A DNA stretch of 64,000 nucleotides from Bilabrum cf. latius (GCA_965178125.1 OZ237742.1:558001-622000), one strand, 5' to 3'. Shown: positions 25,106 through 39,200, numbered from the stretch's first letter. The notes: generated by a model from the sequence alone, not told the origin. Translations and numbers: made by a program.

Positions 25106-26702
25106 GCTATGCTCTCCCTATTGATTCTGGGCAGTGCAACGGACACAGGGGGTACACGAGGAAGAATGGCTGAGCTGCAGAGGCCGAGCTTTTGGCACGA
25201 CAGGTTGGGGCTCGAGTTCACTCGCTAGCATGACTGCATTGCAGCATGCCTTTGGCTGGAGTGGGCCGCGGCTCCTAGACCTAGATTGTAGATTCCGACG
25301 GATACGGAGTCCGGGCTGCAGAGTCTTCTGCGCTGATTTCAAAATACATGTTTGCGTTAGTCAACACCTGCAATCGTTCACTAATGTGATCAGCGATCCT
25401 ACAGACTTGTGATTGCCACGCCAGGGAAACCAACAGCGGCGATCGTTCTCGGCTCGGTCAGCGGGTTGGACTAGGCCTACACCTACGATGTAAGATCGGA
25501 TCAACTCGAGCAAGGGATCCACAGCTCAAAGTGTGTGCTCGTCAAGATAACCACCATAGAACGCCTCTTTCTGATGCCTCGGCCACATGAGCAAATCTGT
25601 CGAGCTGTCTGTTCCTGCTGCGAACTCGGCTGGAGGTCTCCAGTCAGCTCATCCCGAAGGGCCACTCGCACGTACACCGAACTGGGAAACTGCACGCGTG
25701 CCAAGTCGTGATTCCCGCTATTGCTCGAGGGCGCCGCCTCCATTGGCGCAAAGTAGACAATCTGCTGCAACTCATGCCACCGCCTGAGCAAATGCCCTAA
25801 TTGATCGCCCACCTAACGAGTGCCATACAGCTTCGGAAACAGTCTCAAAGCTCCGTACCACATATGGCAAGGGTATTATTGGCATCTGCTAGAATGAATC
25901 TCCCTCTCTGATCCAGTTGACCTCGTGTGCACCCCACGCATCGAGCATTGCACGGACCATCGCAACACAGGAGCGGCTCAATGTGGTATGCCTCGAGTAC
26001 ACACCCGCCACGAAGTCTTTGAACGGACATTACACCCTGGACAGGTCCTTGAGATTCCGGGCAAGTACTCCATTGCGCATCCAGGCTTGCAGCACCTTCG
26101 AGCGGGCCTTGCTAGCCGCGTCAAGTATCCAACTGTGCTCCACCACACAGCCCGTCCTGTCCAAGCATGATCATGCAAGCAATAGGCCAAGGCAAGGACT
26201 ACGTCCTCCGCAGATACCACTGCAGCACCATTACTTCCAGCGTCGGCAGTACCAGGTTGATCTCATCTACGTATCGCCGGAGATGTACTCCTGCCAACCT
26301 GTCGAAGCAGCATCAGGTGCGACTCCAGCTCATCGTAGTAGTTTAACATGCTGCGTGGGCGGATTCTGTCGTCGTGCAGCTTCTTGTGAGAGGATCCATG
26401 CCTGTAGGCAACGTGTATTAGCATTTTTTGACACCCGGTGGTGCACCGATCCACATTTACAAGTAGCTGCAACTTGTACAGTGTTCTACATCGGGAGGCT
26501 GGTGTTACGACAAACCATGTCCAATCAGCATGCCGTTAACTCGCGTCAAATCCAGCATCCGATCAATGCATCCTCCAGTTCATAGTCGAGGTCGTGGGTA
26601 AGCATTAGGCAGTACTGCCGACCAACGAGAATGAGAACCAACTTCAACTTGAAATTCGTGTTCGAGGCTGCACGCATAAATTTTGCCTTCAAAGGGTTTG
26701 TA

Positions 26703-28715
26703 ATGGACAGGTATTAGCTATTACAAAGGGATACTACCAGGTTGGGGGCCCTAGACGGCCGTGTGCGGCGGTACTTAAACAATCACGAACTGACCTGGTG
26801 CGATTTTTGTTTGGCTCTTCAAGCAGTTTGTGAGTCAGGCGCAACAGAAGTACACATAAGTGTTAATTTCAAGTATGATCGATCGCAAGCGGAGTAGAAC
26901 TTTGCGAAAGCTTTGGCCGAGTGCCAACCTCCGTTGCCTCTGTGCACGTTGTCATGCTTCGACCCAGTACCAGGTGCTCCAGAAAAAATCGTAGAGTACG
27001 GAAAGGGAGGAACATTCCCGCAGTTGAAGCACTTGGCGCTGATGTGGGTTGGCCTGTCAGATAAGGGGGCACGGGATATCGTAGATTGGCTCCAGCAGCC
27101 GGCGCAAAGTTTGCAGTCAATCGATCTTGGAGGTAATGATGGGGTAGGCCATCTAGAGGGTGCGGAATGCTTCATCCCGAAGCTATGTAGCGTACTAGCA
27201 GACTCCCGCTGTCACCTGACCGATCTCAACTTGCAGAACTGCTCCGTGTCTCTCAAGAACGGCGTAAGCTTGGTTCGCTCTCTTCGTCAGAATGATACTC
27301 TGTAGCTGCTTGACTTGTCAGGAAGCTGCTTGGCGGACGCGCTTGCCGATGGCAAAGAAGTCCAGTCAGCTCTAGAGGCTCTACGGTACGGCCTGCACCG
27401 CAACTGCTCGCTGCGTGAGCTGTGGATCGGGTCGGAATGCTTCAACCCAGACTACGACTACACGTACCCTGGCGTCCATCAGGCCGTGCAAATCATCGCA
27501 CAGCAGTGTCTTTCAGTGCGTTATGTATCCATTGCATAGGGCATCGAGCCTGGCCTCGAGGATGGCCTGATTCAGCGCGCCCTGTCCGAGTCCACCGCAG
27601 CGCCTCGCACCCACCCGTTCTTGTGGTCCGGTGCCGTTACCGAATTCGACCAGGGAGGTACACATGGCGTTGCAATATCTGATCCAATCACCGCAATGTG
27701 GCAGGAAGGCATTTTCCTGCCGCCGCCAGGGACAGAGCCGGGCCATGTGCAGCACATCAACCTGGTGTACAGAGCTGGGCATCGGGGCTCTCCCGATCAC
27801 TTGCTCGGAGAAGAAGTCACCATGTGGGATCGTCGTGCCGGCGCTGATGCATGCGCGAGCGGCATGGGGGCCCTCAAGCTCTGCCTGTGGAGGCTCAGGG
27901 TGGCCACTAGAGACTTAATTGCACCCTTCATTGAAGGCGAGGCTGGCGGTGACGGTAATGAGGGTGATGGTGATGAGGTTTCCTGTGCGGCGCAAGCTGC
28001 GAAGGTACGCAGTGCCTTGCTGGAGTGCACCGAGTTCATCGAGGCCTGCGCCGCGTTGGGGGACGCGCTGACAACTGACCATATCCTGATGCTATCGGTC
28101 CTGACCGACGTGATCATAGAGTGCCAGGAGCCGAGCCGTGTGCCCTTTAAGCTGGGAGACATCGGCGATGCCACGCGATGCCAAGGCAGTTTCTTCCAGC
28201 TCCGGCACGCGGATGCATGGGAGCTCGACCCAGAAAGATCAGTGGTCCCGCATGTAGGTGCTCGCCTTTCTCAGGCTTTGACAGGCGTGCTGCTGCTGGC
28301 CGAGCGGAATGGACTGGAATGTGCCGCCAAGCTGCGGAAGCGGTGGGTCAAGCTCATGTGCCTAAGGGGCCTCGGAAGAAGGGATGCAATGGTGCGGTGG
28401 AGGCGGGCGGTGCGCGCCCATGCGGATGCACCTCTCGTGCATCGAGCGGCAAGAGAGGGCAGGCCCATGGAGCTAGCGAAGAGGCTGCTGTTCGGCAGGC
28501 TGGCCGGTGGCTTGCACTGTCGACTTGAGGTGGCAGGTACTGATGGGGAATCTGTGTTGGCAACACCGTTGGAGGCAGCCATGGCAGGAGGACACGCAGA
28601 GTGCGTCAGAATACTGCAGGAGGCTGATTTTGCCGCTCAACCGCAGTTGCCGGGATCCCCGATTGCAGCTGCAGCCGCTGGCGATCAGGCGGCGGTTCCC
28701 GTTGTTCCGGGTTGA
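26703..28715 (+). CDS. RNI-like leucine-rich-repeat protein with a C-terminal ankyrin-like repeat
   Basis: ORFs 26913, 27315 and 27621 share a frame joined by TAG; ATG is at 26703. LRR units: LQSIDLGGN, LTDLNLQNC, NDTL*LLDLSGS, NCSLRELWI. Ankyrin-like: TPLEAAMAGGHAECVRIL. Stop is TGA. Confidence 0.75.
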
Positions 28716-28873
28716 TGATTCGTACCCCGCACACTGTTTCAAATGGTCACAAGGCTAGTGCTGTATAATCTGACGAGATGAATTTGCGAAAATCTATAGC
28801 GGGGGCAGCAGTAGGTTGCTAGGCTCGATGCAAGCTACGACTGTGTCGCAGGAGGCAGCTTCGTTGTCTTCAA

Positions 28874-29905
28874 ATGGATTCGGTCGCAGGAAGGGTTCGC
28901 GTCGCGTACACATCAAATCCGAATGCTGCTGACCAATGGATATCTAAATATGCGTATGAGGCTCTTCACGGTAGTTGGTAGCGATTCGGCCTTGATGCTG
29001 AGTACAGAGTAGCCGCCGGCGGACATGCCATATCGAGAATGCAGTGTGAATATACTAGCCCGGATGGGGGAAGCGATGCCCAGCCCGATCCGCGCAGATC
29101 GTCACATGAAACTATCAAACATAATGCGCTGAGACGCGTACCAGTTCATACGGTGCAGCTGGCAGTGCAGAGGCCCGACGGAGCCAAGGCACCTTACGAG
29201 GTTCTTGTGTATCACATGGCAAGCAATTTGAGCGGCACCAAGAATGGAAAAGTCATTGTCTCCCAAAACCTTGCTCGTTTGCTGGCCTCAAACTATGCTG
29301 GTGAGGCTGTCTGGTTGCATTTGGATCAAGGCTACCCGGACCTTGTCGCTGATGCAACCTCGGCGCTCCCACTCTAGTCACTAGTAGTATGGTACTTCGC
29401 TTTTTTCGCAGAATTCGTCGGCGTGGCCATAGGTGACGATATCAAGCGACTCGGCGCCGTGGGTTTACCGGTGGGTGGCGCCAAGGCGGTAGATACTGCT
29501 GTACTCGGCAACCGTGTGCTCGGGATCCAAACTGGATTGGGGCGGCTCGGCCGGGTCATGCTCGGCGTGCCTCCATGGAAATCGAAAAAGCTCACCATGT
29601 CAGACTGGAAGAAGTATCCGCTGTCATCTGCGGCCTTGCAGTACGCAGCCAAGGATGCCCTCTACTCCCTCCAGGTGCACGAGGCTCTCCTCCTGGCTGC
29701 GGGCGAGGACCCCGGCGATTTCTCCAAGTACAGCGGCAAACGTGGCGGGGGGACGAAAAAAGTGCACGAGAAAGCCAGCAGCGAAGCAGATATGCAAAGG
29801 ACGGGGGCCCGTATCCACGAGTGGCAGCATTCGTGGAGACAGGCGCTGGCTTACACTGCGCGGTAGGACCCGTTTGTTGAACTGGCTGGCAACGGGCGAA
29901 GATAA
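28874..29905 (+). CDS. DEDDy 3'-5' exonuclease (WRN/EXD2-like), probable intron 29301-29411
   Basis: ExoI motif FGLDAEY (~28985, just downstream of an in-frame TAG), VQLA, ExoII FVGVAIGDDIKRL, ExoIII SDWKKYPLS..LQYAAKDALYSL. Ends at TAA 29903-29905 after reading through TAG 29864. Confidence 0.8.
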
Positions 29906-30042
29906 TATCCGAAGAACTTCGTCGAGATTCACAGCAACAGATCTCACCACATTTCCGATCGGTTTTCTCGGCGGCAGTAGACAGTGCCACCGCCCGATCG
30001 GGTCAAGTCCAGGCCACTCGATCGCATATCACATGCGCGAGA

Positions 30043-32321
30043 TCACTAGGACACAACTTCCAGCACCTTGGGCAGCACGTTCTCCGTCGTCTCCTTCAGC
30101 AAGTGCGTCATCATGCCAGACGTCTCGACGATCCTACCCTCCACCGCAGGCGAGATCTAGATCCCAAAGTGCGGGTGCTGCATGTCGATGTGCTTGAACT
30201 CGGCTGCGAGAGGGACGGACTCGTCGGTGCCGGAGCTCCCAGCTCCCGACGCCGCAGGGCCGCCCTCTTCTCCCCCCACCTCGATGTCCACCCCACCCTC
30301 CTCGTCACCGCCGACGTTACCGTCCTCTCGCTTGGCCTCCTCAGCGAGTGGCTCTGGTCCAACCTCCGCACCGCCCTCGGCTCCACTGTCGGCCGCCCCA
30401 CCATCGGCGGCGTGTCCCCGAGACAGCGCCTTCTTCACCTTGGCGCTCATCTTGTGGGCGATCGCGCGCAGCTCCTCCTCCTGCTCCTCCTTGTGCTCCT
30501 TGACCGCGATGAACGCGTTGGCGACGTCGACCTCGCGGAAGTGGTTGCGGAGCAAGACGGGCAGGATGGGTGCGTTCTCGAGGTCATTCACGACATCCAC
30601 CTCGTCTTGCTTGTGATCCAGGGCAGCGAATCCGTCGCCACCCCCGAACATGTAGTCGGTGGTGGTCACCGTGTACCTCCTGCTCGCGTCGAGTGGCTCT
30701 CCGCCCACGACGATCGATGCCCTGTCCACCCGCGACCCGGGCTCCTTGGATGCATCATAGGAAAACGAGAGGCCGGATACCACGGGAAAGCTCCCGGCTG
30801 TTCTTGGCACCGATGACACCGCGTGATCGAGGGCCTCCGCGATAGCAGCCCCGGAAATGGCAATGGTCGGCAGGCCCGTCTGCATCGGGCAAAGCCTCAT
30901 CAGGTCGCCCAGAGTCACGTCGCCCGGCCCCTGCACCTCGTCCGCCCGCAAGCTGCCTCCATTGATCAGAACCACGTCAGCTTTCGTGGCCTTGCGGATC
31001 ACGTCGGCCACGAAGTTCCCCACTGCCGTCTCTCGCCCTCGGATGTGAGGGGTCCTCGAGTCCAGGGCAGCATCCACCGTGGCGATCCTCGCCGCCAGCT
31101 GCCTGCGCAGGTCTGCCGTGTGGAAATCTACGATTTTCTTGACGTCCTCTGCCTCTGGGTCGGCCGAAAAGACCTCGTGCCGCAGGTGGTCGAACCGAAG
31201 ACTGCCAGGCGGGAACCGGCGGCCGCCTGATGACGCCGATGCCGAGGAGGAGGAGCCTGCTGCTGCTGGCCCCGCGTCTGCCCGTGCCTGGGCCTCGGGA
31301 AACTTGATCCAAATCTCGGTAAAGTCCCTGTAGTCTGTCCCCGAGTTGAGCACGAGGCAGTTATTGATCACCTTGGCGCTGTAGTGGTGGTCGTGACCAC
31401 CGGCGATGATGTCGATGTCGTCCACGGCCTCTGCCAAGATAAAATCGTTGGCCTCGCGGCTGTGCGTCACTGCGATGATGACATCGCACCTGTCCTCCTC
31501 GAGCAGCTGCTTGGCCAGCCGACGAGCCTCCTCCACGAAATCGACGTACTGGATCGTCTCGGGGTCCACCGCGCCCAGCGTGGCGAGCCAGTCTTCCTCA
31601 ACGACGCCTAAATACCCGTACCTCACCCCACGCACTTCCTTGACCAGAGTCCGCTTGCATCCGCAGATGGGCTCACCGGTCTTCTTGTCTAGCAGGTTCG
31701 CGCACAGCACGGGAATGGAAGGCATGTACTTTTGGAAGATCTCCTTGCAGGCTGCATCCCCGCCATCGAGATCATGATTTCCCAAGCAAGCAACATCTGC
31801 ACCAATGGCTTCCAGAATTTCAGCCTGATGCCTCCCCTGGTTTCCCACGGACAGCATGCTGGGGTAGAGGGCGTCACCTGAGAAGACGACCATCGCATCC
31901 TCTCCTCTTGCCTTGATCTTGCGCAGCTTGGCAGCAAATCGACTGGCGCCTCCACATGGGTCTTTTCGCCTTGCTGCGAGACAGGAGCGATCCACATGGT
32001 TACAGAACCAGCTGAAGCGTGAGACCTTGACCCGTTATCATAATAATATTAAATTAATCGATGCAAGCAGCCAGGGCGGCTACGTCGAGCCGGGCGCGAT
32101 TCTTTGCAGCTGGGCGGTCGCAATCCTCACGTTCGCAATTATCTGCGGCAATCGGATCGAAAATGGACGCATCTTCAAATGTTGGCATCAACTCTTCCAA
32201 TTAGCTCATAAGGATGGGGGATTTACGTCGTACTCTCACACACGTCGTTAAAATGAAGCACGAGCTGCTTGTCAACGATCTGCAGGGAGCTTGAGCTAAC
32301 GAGGCCATGCTCGCTGGCCAT
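30043..32321 (-). CDS. 5'-nucleotidase / apyrase-family metallophosphoesterase with 5'-nucleotidase C-terminal domain; exons 32321-32240, 32142-32131, 31973-30043
   Basis: The spliced N-terminus reads HFNDVYNCEPRRKDPCGGASRF. Motifs: SGDAL, LGNHDLD, VTH, GGHDH, ETAVGNFVAD, NGGSLR, GGDGF. The family C-terminal motif ISPAVEGRI lies after TAG 30157. The gene ends TAG-TGA at 30043. Confidence 0.9.
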
Positions 32322-33226
32322 GCTGAGAGCCACTTTTGGCTTGCAAAGATTGTTGTGTGCCGCAAAAGACGAGTAGAGACTTGTTATTCCTGTGAATGCA
32401 GCGCATCGGATCTAGCAGACCCGGAGCGGGAGGGTGGCAAGCAGAAGCACACGTCGGTCTACGTGTGAGACCTTGTATCTTTGCACAATGTCTGGCCTAG
32501 AGTGGCGGGCGGATTGGATTTTGCTACAATTTTTATGACGTGGACCGTTTCGGTGGCGCCACATCGCTTATGTTGGGGAGCAGCAGTGCCGCGTTTGGTG
32601 CTGCCCCACGCAAGCGTACTCAAGACTCTGAGTCAAGAGCATGCCGCAGAGCTGTGTCTGCTCAAGGAATCACCCTCGCAGACCGTCCTCATGCCCCGCT
32701 GCTGCGCCTGAATGATCGGATCCTGCCTTGCTGGCTCGCGATGATCGTAGTCACCTTGGGGCACAAACTCGGTCACAGGATTTCAGGAGATAGCAACGCG
32801 CAGGGCAACAAGAAGCTTCATACAGAGAGAGCGTCGCTGTACGCACGGCCAAGACAACACAGGTTCGCGCCGTGCGTGGGTCTGCGGGAGGTGCTGTGGG
32901 CTGTGCGCAGGGCGGGGAGGGAGGCGAGGCTGGCTCGGGATAGAGTGAGAGCACTCGAGCGGGAAGAAGAAGAAGAGGCGAAGGAGGTAGGCAAGGAGGG
33001 GCCCGGTCGTCACGGGGTCGGCGCAGAGGCGGGGAGCGTTGCGACCGTTTGTCACCAACAAATTATGAAGATGAATGCATTGATATGCTGCCGACCTAAA
33101 CGACGGTCAGAGTTTGCCATTATCAGCATCCCTGTCCTGGAATTCTGTCCAGTCGCTGGCTTATTTTGACGACGAAACGATATTTACCTGCTGGGGCTGC
33201 TTTGAGACTGATTATATCGTATCGCC

Positions 33227-36200
33227 ATGCAAAAAGCGGCAGATAGCGTCTCAGTACTTCGGAAGCTGCTCCGGACCTACTTTGAGGACGAGACCGCAAA
33301 AGACTCTGCAGTGCAGATTGACAAAAGAGGTAAATTATCGGGTGCTCCTCGGCAAGAAGAGTCAGAGGACCCCTACGCGTTGCAGGCATGGATACAACGC
33401 GTTTACGCTCAGCTTGTAGGTGAGAGACCCCCTTCTGAAGGTACACCACGTCCATTCATTCCCCAGATTGGCTCACAATTGCAATGCAAAATGTGTTAAA
33501 TTTATGTTTTGATCGCACTGTGTTCTCCAGTTGGCGTCCTTACCGAGCACTACAATTCCGACGATTGGGTACCGCCGCATCACTCGAGCTTCGCGGTATT
33601 TCCTACGATTCTAACACGTGCAGGCTCTAGCGCAAGAGCAAAACGAGATCTCCAGGCTTCGCATGTCTGCTGCCGGGGCTAGCCGGTAACTTTGGGCGGA
33701 AATATCGACCAAGCACTGGGCGCCGGCTGGATGCAGTTTTGCATACCCATCCTGGCTGCCTTGATTGTGCTCCACCCGTTCTTTATGTCGCACAGACACC
33801 TCATGGTGGCCCCTACTATTGAGCATTACGGCGATTGGGCAAGGTGGGGCAAGCATTCGGTCGTTGTCGATGGACAGCGCGGCGACGCATCCTCCACGGG
33901 TCCGACGGCGATCACCGTCACGGTCACGAAGGATTCCTCGCTTGACCCATCAAGAATTGTGTACCCTATCTTGGCGGTTCTATGGCTGATCGTCTGCTGG
34001 TCCGTGCAGCGCGTGCACGCGGTCTCGGGTGTGACGAGGGCGCTCGTCAGATCACTCGGCACGGTCGTGCACGAGGAACAATCCGCCGACTCGAGGGGCC
34101 TGTCTGCCACCCTCGGGCGAGGCCCCGCCGGTGGCCCGGGCGGGAGTAGCCCCGGTAAGGACTCTGGCGCCGACTCGGGCTCCAAGGGCGGCAAGTCCGC
34201 CAATGGTGACGGGGAGGACCTGCGGGTGGTGAGGCTGCTCGAGTCGTACGTGGCCACGAGAGACGACAAGGTCTCGCCAAACGTCCCGGCAGAGGTGCCT
34301 GTCGTGCTGCCTGTCTTCGGGGGGGTCAACATCGTCTTGGGGGGCGGTGCTGACGGCGGGGTTGCTGCAGGGCAGCAGATCCTAGCCTCTGACCCAGGTG
34401 CTGGCTCTATGCGCTAGCGCCGTATCATGCAGAGGTAGAGCAGCAAGCGGCAGCGCGGCTTCCTTGCATCGACCGCGCCGGTCGGAACGAGCAGCGGTTC
34501 CGGCAGCGGCAGCGGTTCCGGCAGCGGCTCTGACTTGGTGGGCTCGACGGACGAGGAAAGCGGACCGGACGATAGCTTTATCTTGTCAAATGACGGTTCT
34601 TCTGCTGCTGGCGATAAGATGAAGAAGAAACACCACCACCACCGCGCGCTGGAAGAGCCTGTGGACGACGAAAAGGAGAACATGCTGGTGGCCAGCAGGT
34701 TCAATTCCGCTAGTGACGCGATTTTTGCCGCATACGCCGCCACTGACTGCTGCGCTGGCGTGTGCGGGCAGTGCTGCGACGTCGACGAGTACATTTTTGC
34801 CCCGATACACTGCTGTGGCAAGACGTACCAGGCTGCCTCCTGGAGCGTTCTGGGCGTGTACGCCCTTGGCTTCATTTCGAGCATAGCCATGGACCTTACG
34901 GAGGGCTTCCCAGGCGCGGGCATGTGGGCGCTGGCCTACCTCGCCCCCGTGGTCGTGCTTATCCTTTGCACGGCTGATTTTGTGACTGTGATCGCAAGCT
35001 ACATGATCTCGAGCATCGTGTATATCATGTGGGTGCTAGTGTTTAGCTCAATCCGTGGAATCGAGGACTTTGAGACGCCTGACGGTGGCAATGTGGTCGG
35101 CGTCGCGATTGGGCTCTTCATCGCCACCACCCCATTCTACTCTATCGGAACCTTCTTCATGGCCGCACGACGCTACACGGAGATCGTGGTGCGCCGCAGG
35201 GTGGAGCTGTGCATGCAGGCGGTGGGCCGGACGGAGGCAGACCACGAGCTGGCCACGGAAGCTGCAATGATTCAGATGCCCCCGTTCGCTCTCCGACTGC
35301 TTCACAGCGAGATTGCGGCTGTCGAGCTGGAAGATACGACCGCCGTTCTAGTCCTTAGGCTGCACTTGCGCTGCGAGCGGCTCAGCGACGGCTCAAAGGT
35401 GCGCGAGTACCAGCTTGACGCGTCGGGGGGTATGCGCTCACAGGCATCCTTCCGAAGCAAACGGTCCGGCCGGTCCCTTACCGCGAGCTCCAGAGAACAG
35501 CGGCAGACGGAGTCGTCCCAAGAGTCTGGGATCAAGCCGCCCAAGATGGGCACACGGCAACGGAGCGAGCAAGATACGGCAGGCTACAACGACGTGCTGC
35601 CCTCCGACTACGACTCGGACGCCAGCACCGACACTGGAGCTGGCGGTGTATCCAGCATCCACGGCTCCGTGTCTAAGGAGCAGCGGCAGCAACGAGCTGC
35701 CGACTATGACACGCTAATGGCCAAGGCAAACCTTGCTGCTGTGCTCGCCGTGGAACGTGTGCTCAAGTCCGACAAGTTCGCGAGCCAGGTCACTTGCGTG
35801 AACATCGTGGGGAATGACATCGTGATCGCAGTGCACGGCAACAGCTCTAGCGTGTTTGGCCTCGGAGAAGTCGCGGGAAACGATGCAGAGGGTGATGGAG
35901 CGGTGGGTGTTCAGCCCGAACAGGGCTCTTCAAGCGGGCGGGCCTAGTCAACCGCGGATACATCGTCACCGGGAGGATTTGGCGGGCCGGCCATGTCCGC
36001 TGCATCGCGTTCAACCAGTGGCGACGAGTCTTAGACGGAGGGCAAGCCCATCACACCGGAAGCTGCTGCCTGCTTCAACATCGTTACGGCTATTGAGCTG
36101 GCACTGCGAGCGTCGTGGTACGTGCAAGACCAGGACAGGTCTGGGAGCCTCTCGTCGAACGTGCGCGTCAAGCTTGGAGCCGGGATCGCAATTGGCTCCA

Positions 36201-39200
36201 AGACGGTTTGTGGGTTCCTCTCCTCCGGCTCCTCCGCCCATCGATGGAGCGTGTTCGGGGACGGAGCCACAGAGGCACTGACCCTTGCCAGCAACGGGCC
36301 CGGGGTGCGCATCAGCTCCCGTGCACTAGAGCGGTTGCAGAGCCCTTCCTCCTGGGGCATCGTGACCCGAGAGACGCTCGACCGGATCTCAAAGGTGACT
36401 GGCACTCAAACCAACACGGTGATGCCGTGGACGCACGCCATGCAGTAGCAGTAGCAGCAAGGTAACGCCATGGGAATTCCCGGTCAAGGTCCCGCTGCCG
36501 AAAGATACCTTGTGGCGTAGTGGCGGAAGCAGATCAGGGAGGCAGGCAAGCGCCTCCTTCAGTCGTGCACCAAGCAGCCCATGCCGGTTGACGCCGTGGC
36601 ATTTGGTGCTACCGTGCCTGCGACCCACCTGTACGATATTCCCACCGTCCGGGACTTCGAACCGGTGTCGTCCCCACAGTTGGGCGCAAGTACTTCTGGC
36701 ATGCATAGCGGCATGGTCCGCGATGCGCTTCCCGGCCAGGGCAGCGAGAACACTTGGAGCTCTCGGCGAGGTGCAAGCTTCAAGGCGGAGTCGGCGCTGC
36801 GCTAGTCCAGCAGCCGCATCATTAATATCCTGGGGCACATGAGAGACCTCGCCACCGCTCGGACTTACAAGCAGCCGACCAATGCAATGATGATGATGCT
36901 TCCCCAGCAGCCGTCCAATCGGCATATTGCGCAGGATGAGAGCTTTCAAGAGACTGGCGGAGACCGGCGCGTGAGGCCTGTGATGAGCATGCTGGGAAGC
37001 ACGACCATGGGCGCCGGGTCAATGACCTACGGGAACTCCACGATGGGTGGCAGCTCCACATTGCGCGCCTTTGTGGCAGGTTCTATCTCTGTACCCATGC
37101 ACCAGAACAGCTTCAGCATCCAGAAGCTACCGAAGAACGAGATCGTCCGTCGGCAGCTTGGTCTCCCTCGGATGTCCTCTGGCGTTGAGCAGGCCCTCGT
37201 GCACACCATCACCGCAGCTGAGAAAGCTAGGATGTCGACAGCCAAACGAATGCGTCCACTCTGGGGCACCACGTCAACCGGAGGCAATGAGGCTGGTCGC
37301 AGTCGCTCCACTGGATCCGCTCCAGCAAAGGAGGGAGGGCAAAGGCCTTCCGCGGAGGCAGTTGCTGGAGGCCGCCGCAGCTCTGCGGCAGAGAACGGCG
37401 GATCGGGCGCTGTCGTGCGCACTCTGTCTGCCATGGTACATCGAACTTACGACCACAATCATCCGCACGCTCAGATTCAAGCGGCCGCGCACGGTTCAAT
37501 CGTGTTCGGGTTGCAAGGTCCTGAGCTCGAGTCTGGAGGATCAGAGGATTACTCTGAGGTGCTGCAGCAGGATCTTTCAAAGGACACCGAGAAGGTCGTT
37601 CGATTCAGCTAGTACAGATTTACTCGCACGACGGTGACAAGGATGATTTAGAGCCCCACAATTGTTTTGATTGTTGCAGGCATGACGCTGCTTGATAGCA
37701 TGCTGCGAATCTTGCGGCTCACGTACGCCGGCCCGGCTACTTTCCGTATCAGTCGCGACGAGATGTCCACCCGAGCCTTTGAGGTTGAAGCCGTTAATCT
37801 GTTTGGTGCGGCCGCACTTCTATTACTCTGCATCGTTGGTCTGTGCGTACGCTTTGCTCTGTACGGGCCCAACCGGGTGTTCATCACTGGTGACAGTGAG
37901 AACGGAGCTGTGTGGGCGGCGCTGTCGTTGTTGTGCCTAGTGGGGTTTAGAGTAGTGCAGTGGTTCGGGACACGAGATATTCTTCAAGACAGTGCAACTG
38001 CTTGTTTGAGCCTCATCACGATGGAGACCCTAGCCACGTCGGAGGTAAGCACGATTGCGATTGTGCTTATGGCAGTCCACGCCGCCGACCTTCATGGATA
38101 CTTCCGCACACCTGTGTGGCTACGTTCGACTGGGGCGCTGCTGATCCTGGGCGTGGGAATGTGGACCGCCCTTGAGCTAGGTAGTGACTGGGGTGCCAAG
38201 ACATTTGTGGGCGAGTCCTCCAGTGAAGCAGAAGATTTGCTGTTCGACTGCGAGCGGCTGATATCCCCAGATTTTCTTGTGACTGGAACTGAGCGAGTGA
38301 TTATGGGCCTTCGTATGGTCGTGGCCACGGTGCTAATCGTTTTTATTTAGGACGAGCGCGGTATTGTGGTGCTATCCATGGGTGACCGCATCATGCGAGA
38401 GCTCTCGCTTCTCTCGCGACGCATGGTGCGCCGCAAGCGCATAGTGTACAAGGTGGTCAGTCAGCTGCTGCCGAATGCACTGCTCACCACTCTCATTGAG
38501 CAGGAGTCTAAAGTGGTGGACTAGCGTTAGAACCCGCGCAGCGTGCTGAAGCCTTCTACCACGATTCCTCCTGGGTCTGCCTCGCCCAGCAACGCCCAAC
38601 AGTTCGAGGCACCTACGCTTGGCATCCGGGCGCCAGCCTAGCAGCCCAAGCGGCCTGCAGCTGGTGGAGTTCGCTTTGCAACTGACGTTCGCAGGGATGG
38701 TTCGGATCCTTGGCAGGTACAGCTCTCGAAGCGGCTTGTCATGTCGAAGCACAAGCGGCTGGCAGTACTGTCCGTGCGATTCCGTGTGGCGCAAATGCTT
38801 GATTCACTTGTGTCTGCAGTTAGCCTTTTCAGGCTGGTGCGAGTCCTTGCCGCCATTGTTGAGGAAAGCTGTCAGGAGCCATACTGTGGCGGCGATGCAA
38901 TGGTTGTGGAGGACATGCGACGCACGTTGCGCAAACTGAAGAGCGCCGCAGCCAAGGCATCGGATGGTCAGAAGCACAAGGGTTTCGCCACGGGCGTACG
39001 GTGCAGCGTACACCGATTTGGTATGACGATTGTATTTGATGATGGACGAATCGCCGCGACTGCTCGCAAGGGCTGGAAGCGTGTGGGCGGCTACTGCCCA
39101 GTGATGCACGCGTTGCTGGCAGCTTCATCTGCGATCAGGCGCGTGACTGCTCTCGAAAAAGAAGTCAAAGCAACGCTATCCTTCGCAGCTGCCGTGCACT

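Noticed and set aside
25500-26600. Possible gene or remnant (ORFs 25917..26585 +, 25978..26472 -)
   Set aside because: No recognisable motif, and the minus-strand frames I read are broken by TAA/TGA. It cannot be supported.
32540-33169. 209-aa ORF upstream of the cyclase-kinase gene
   Set aside because: No recognisable domain, and in-frame TGAs separate it from ATG 33227. It may be a UTR or chance ORF.
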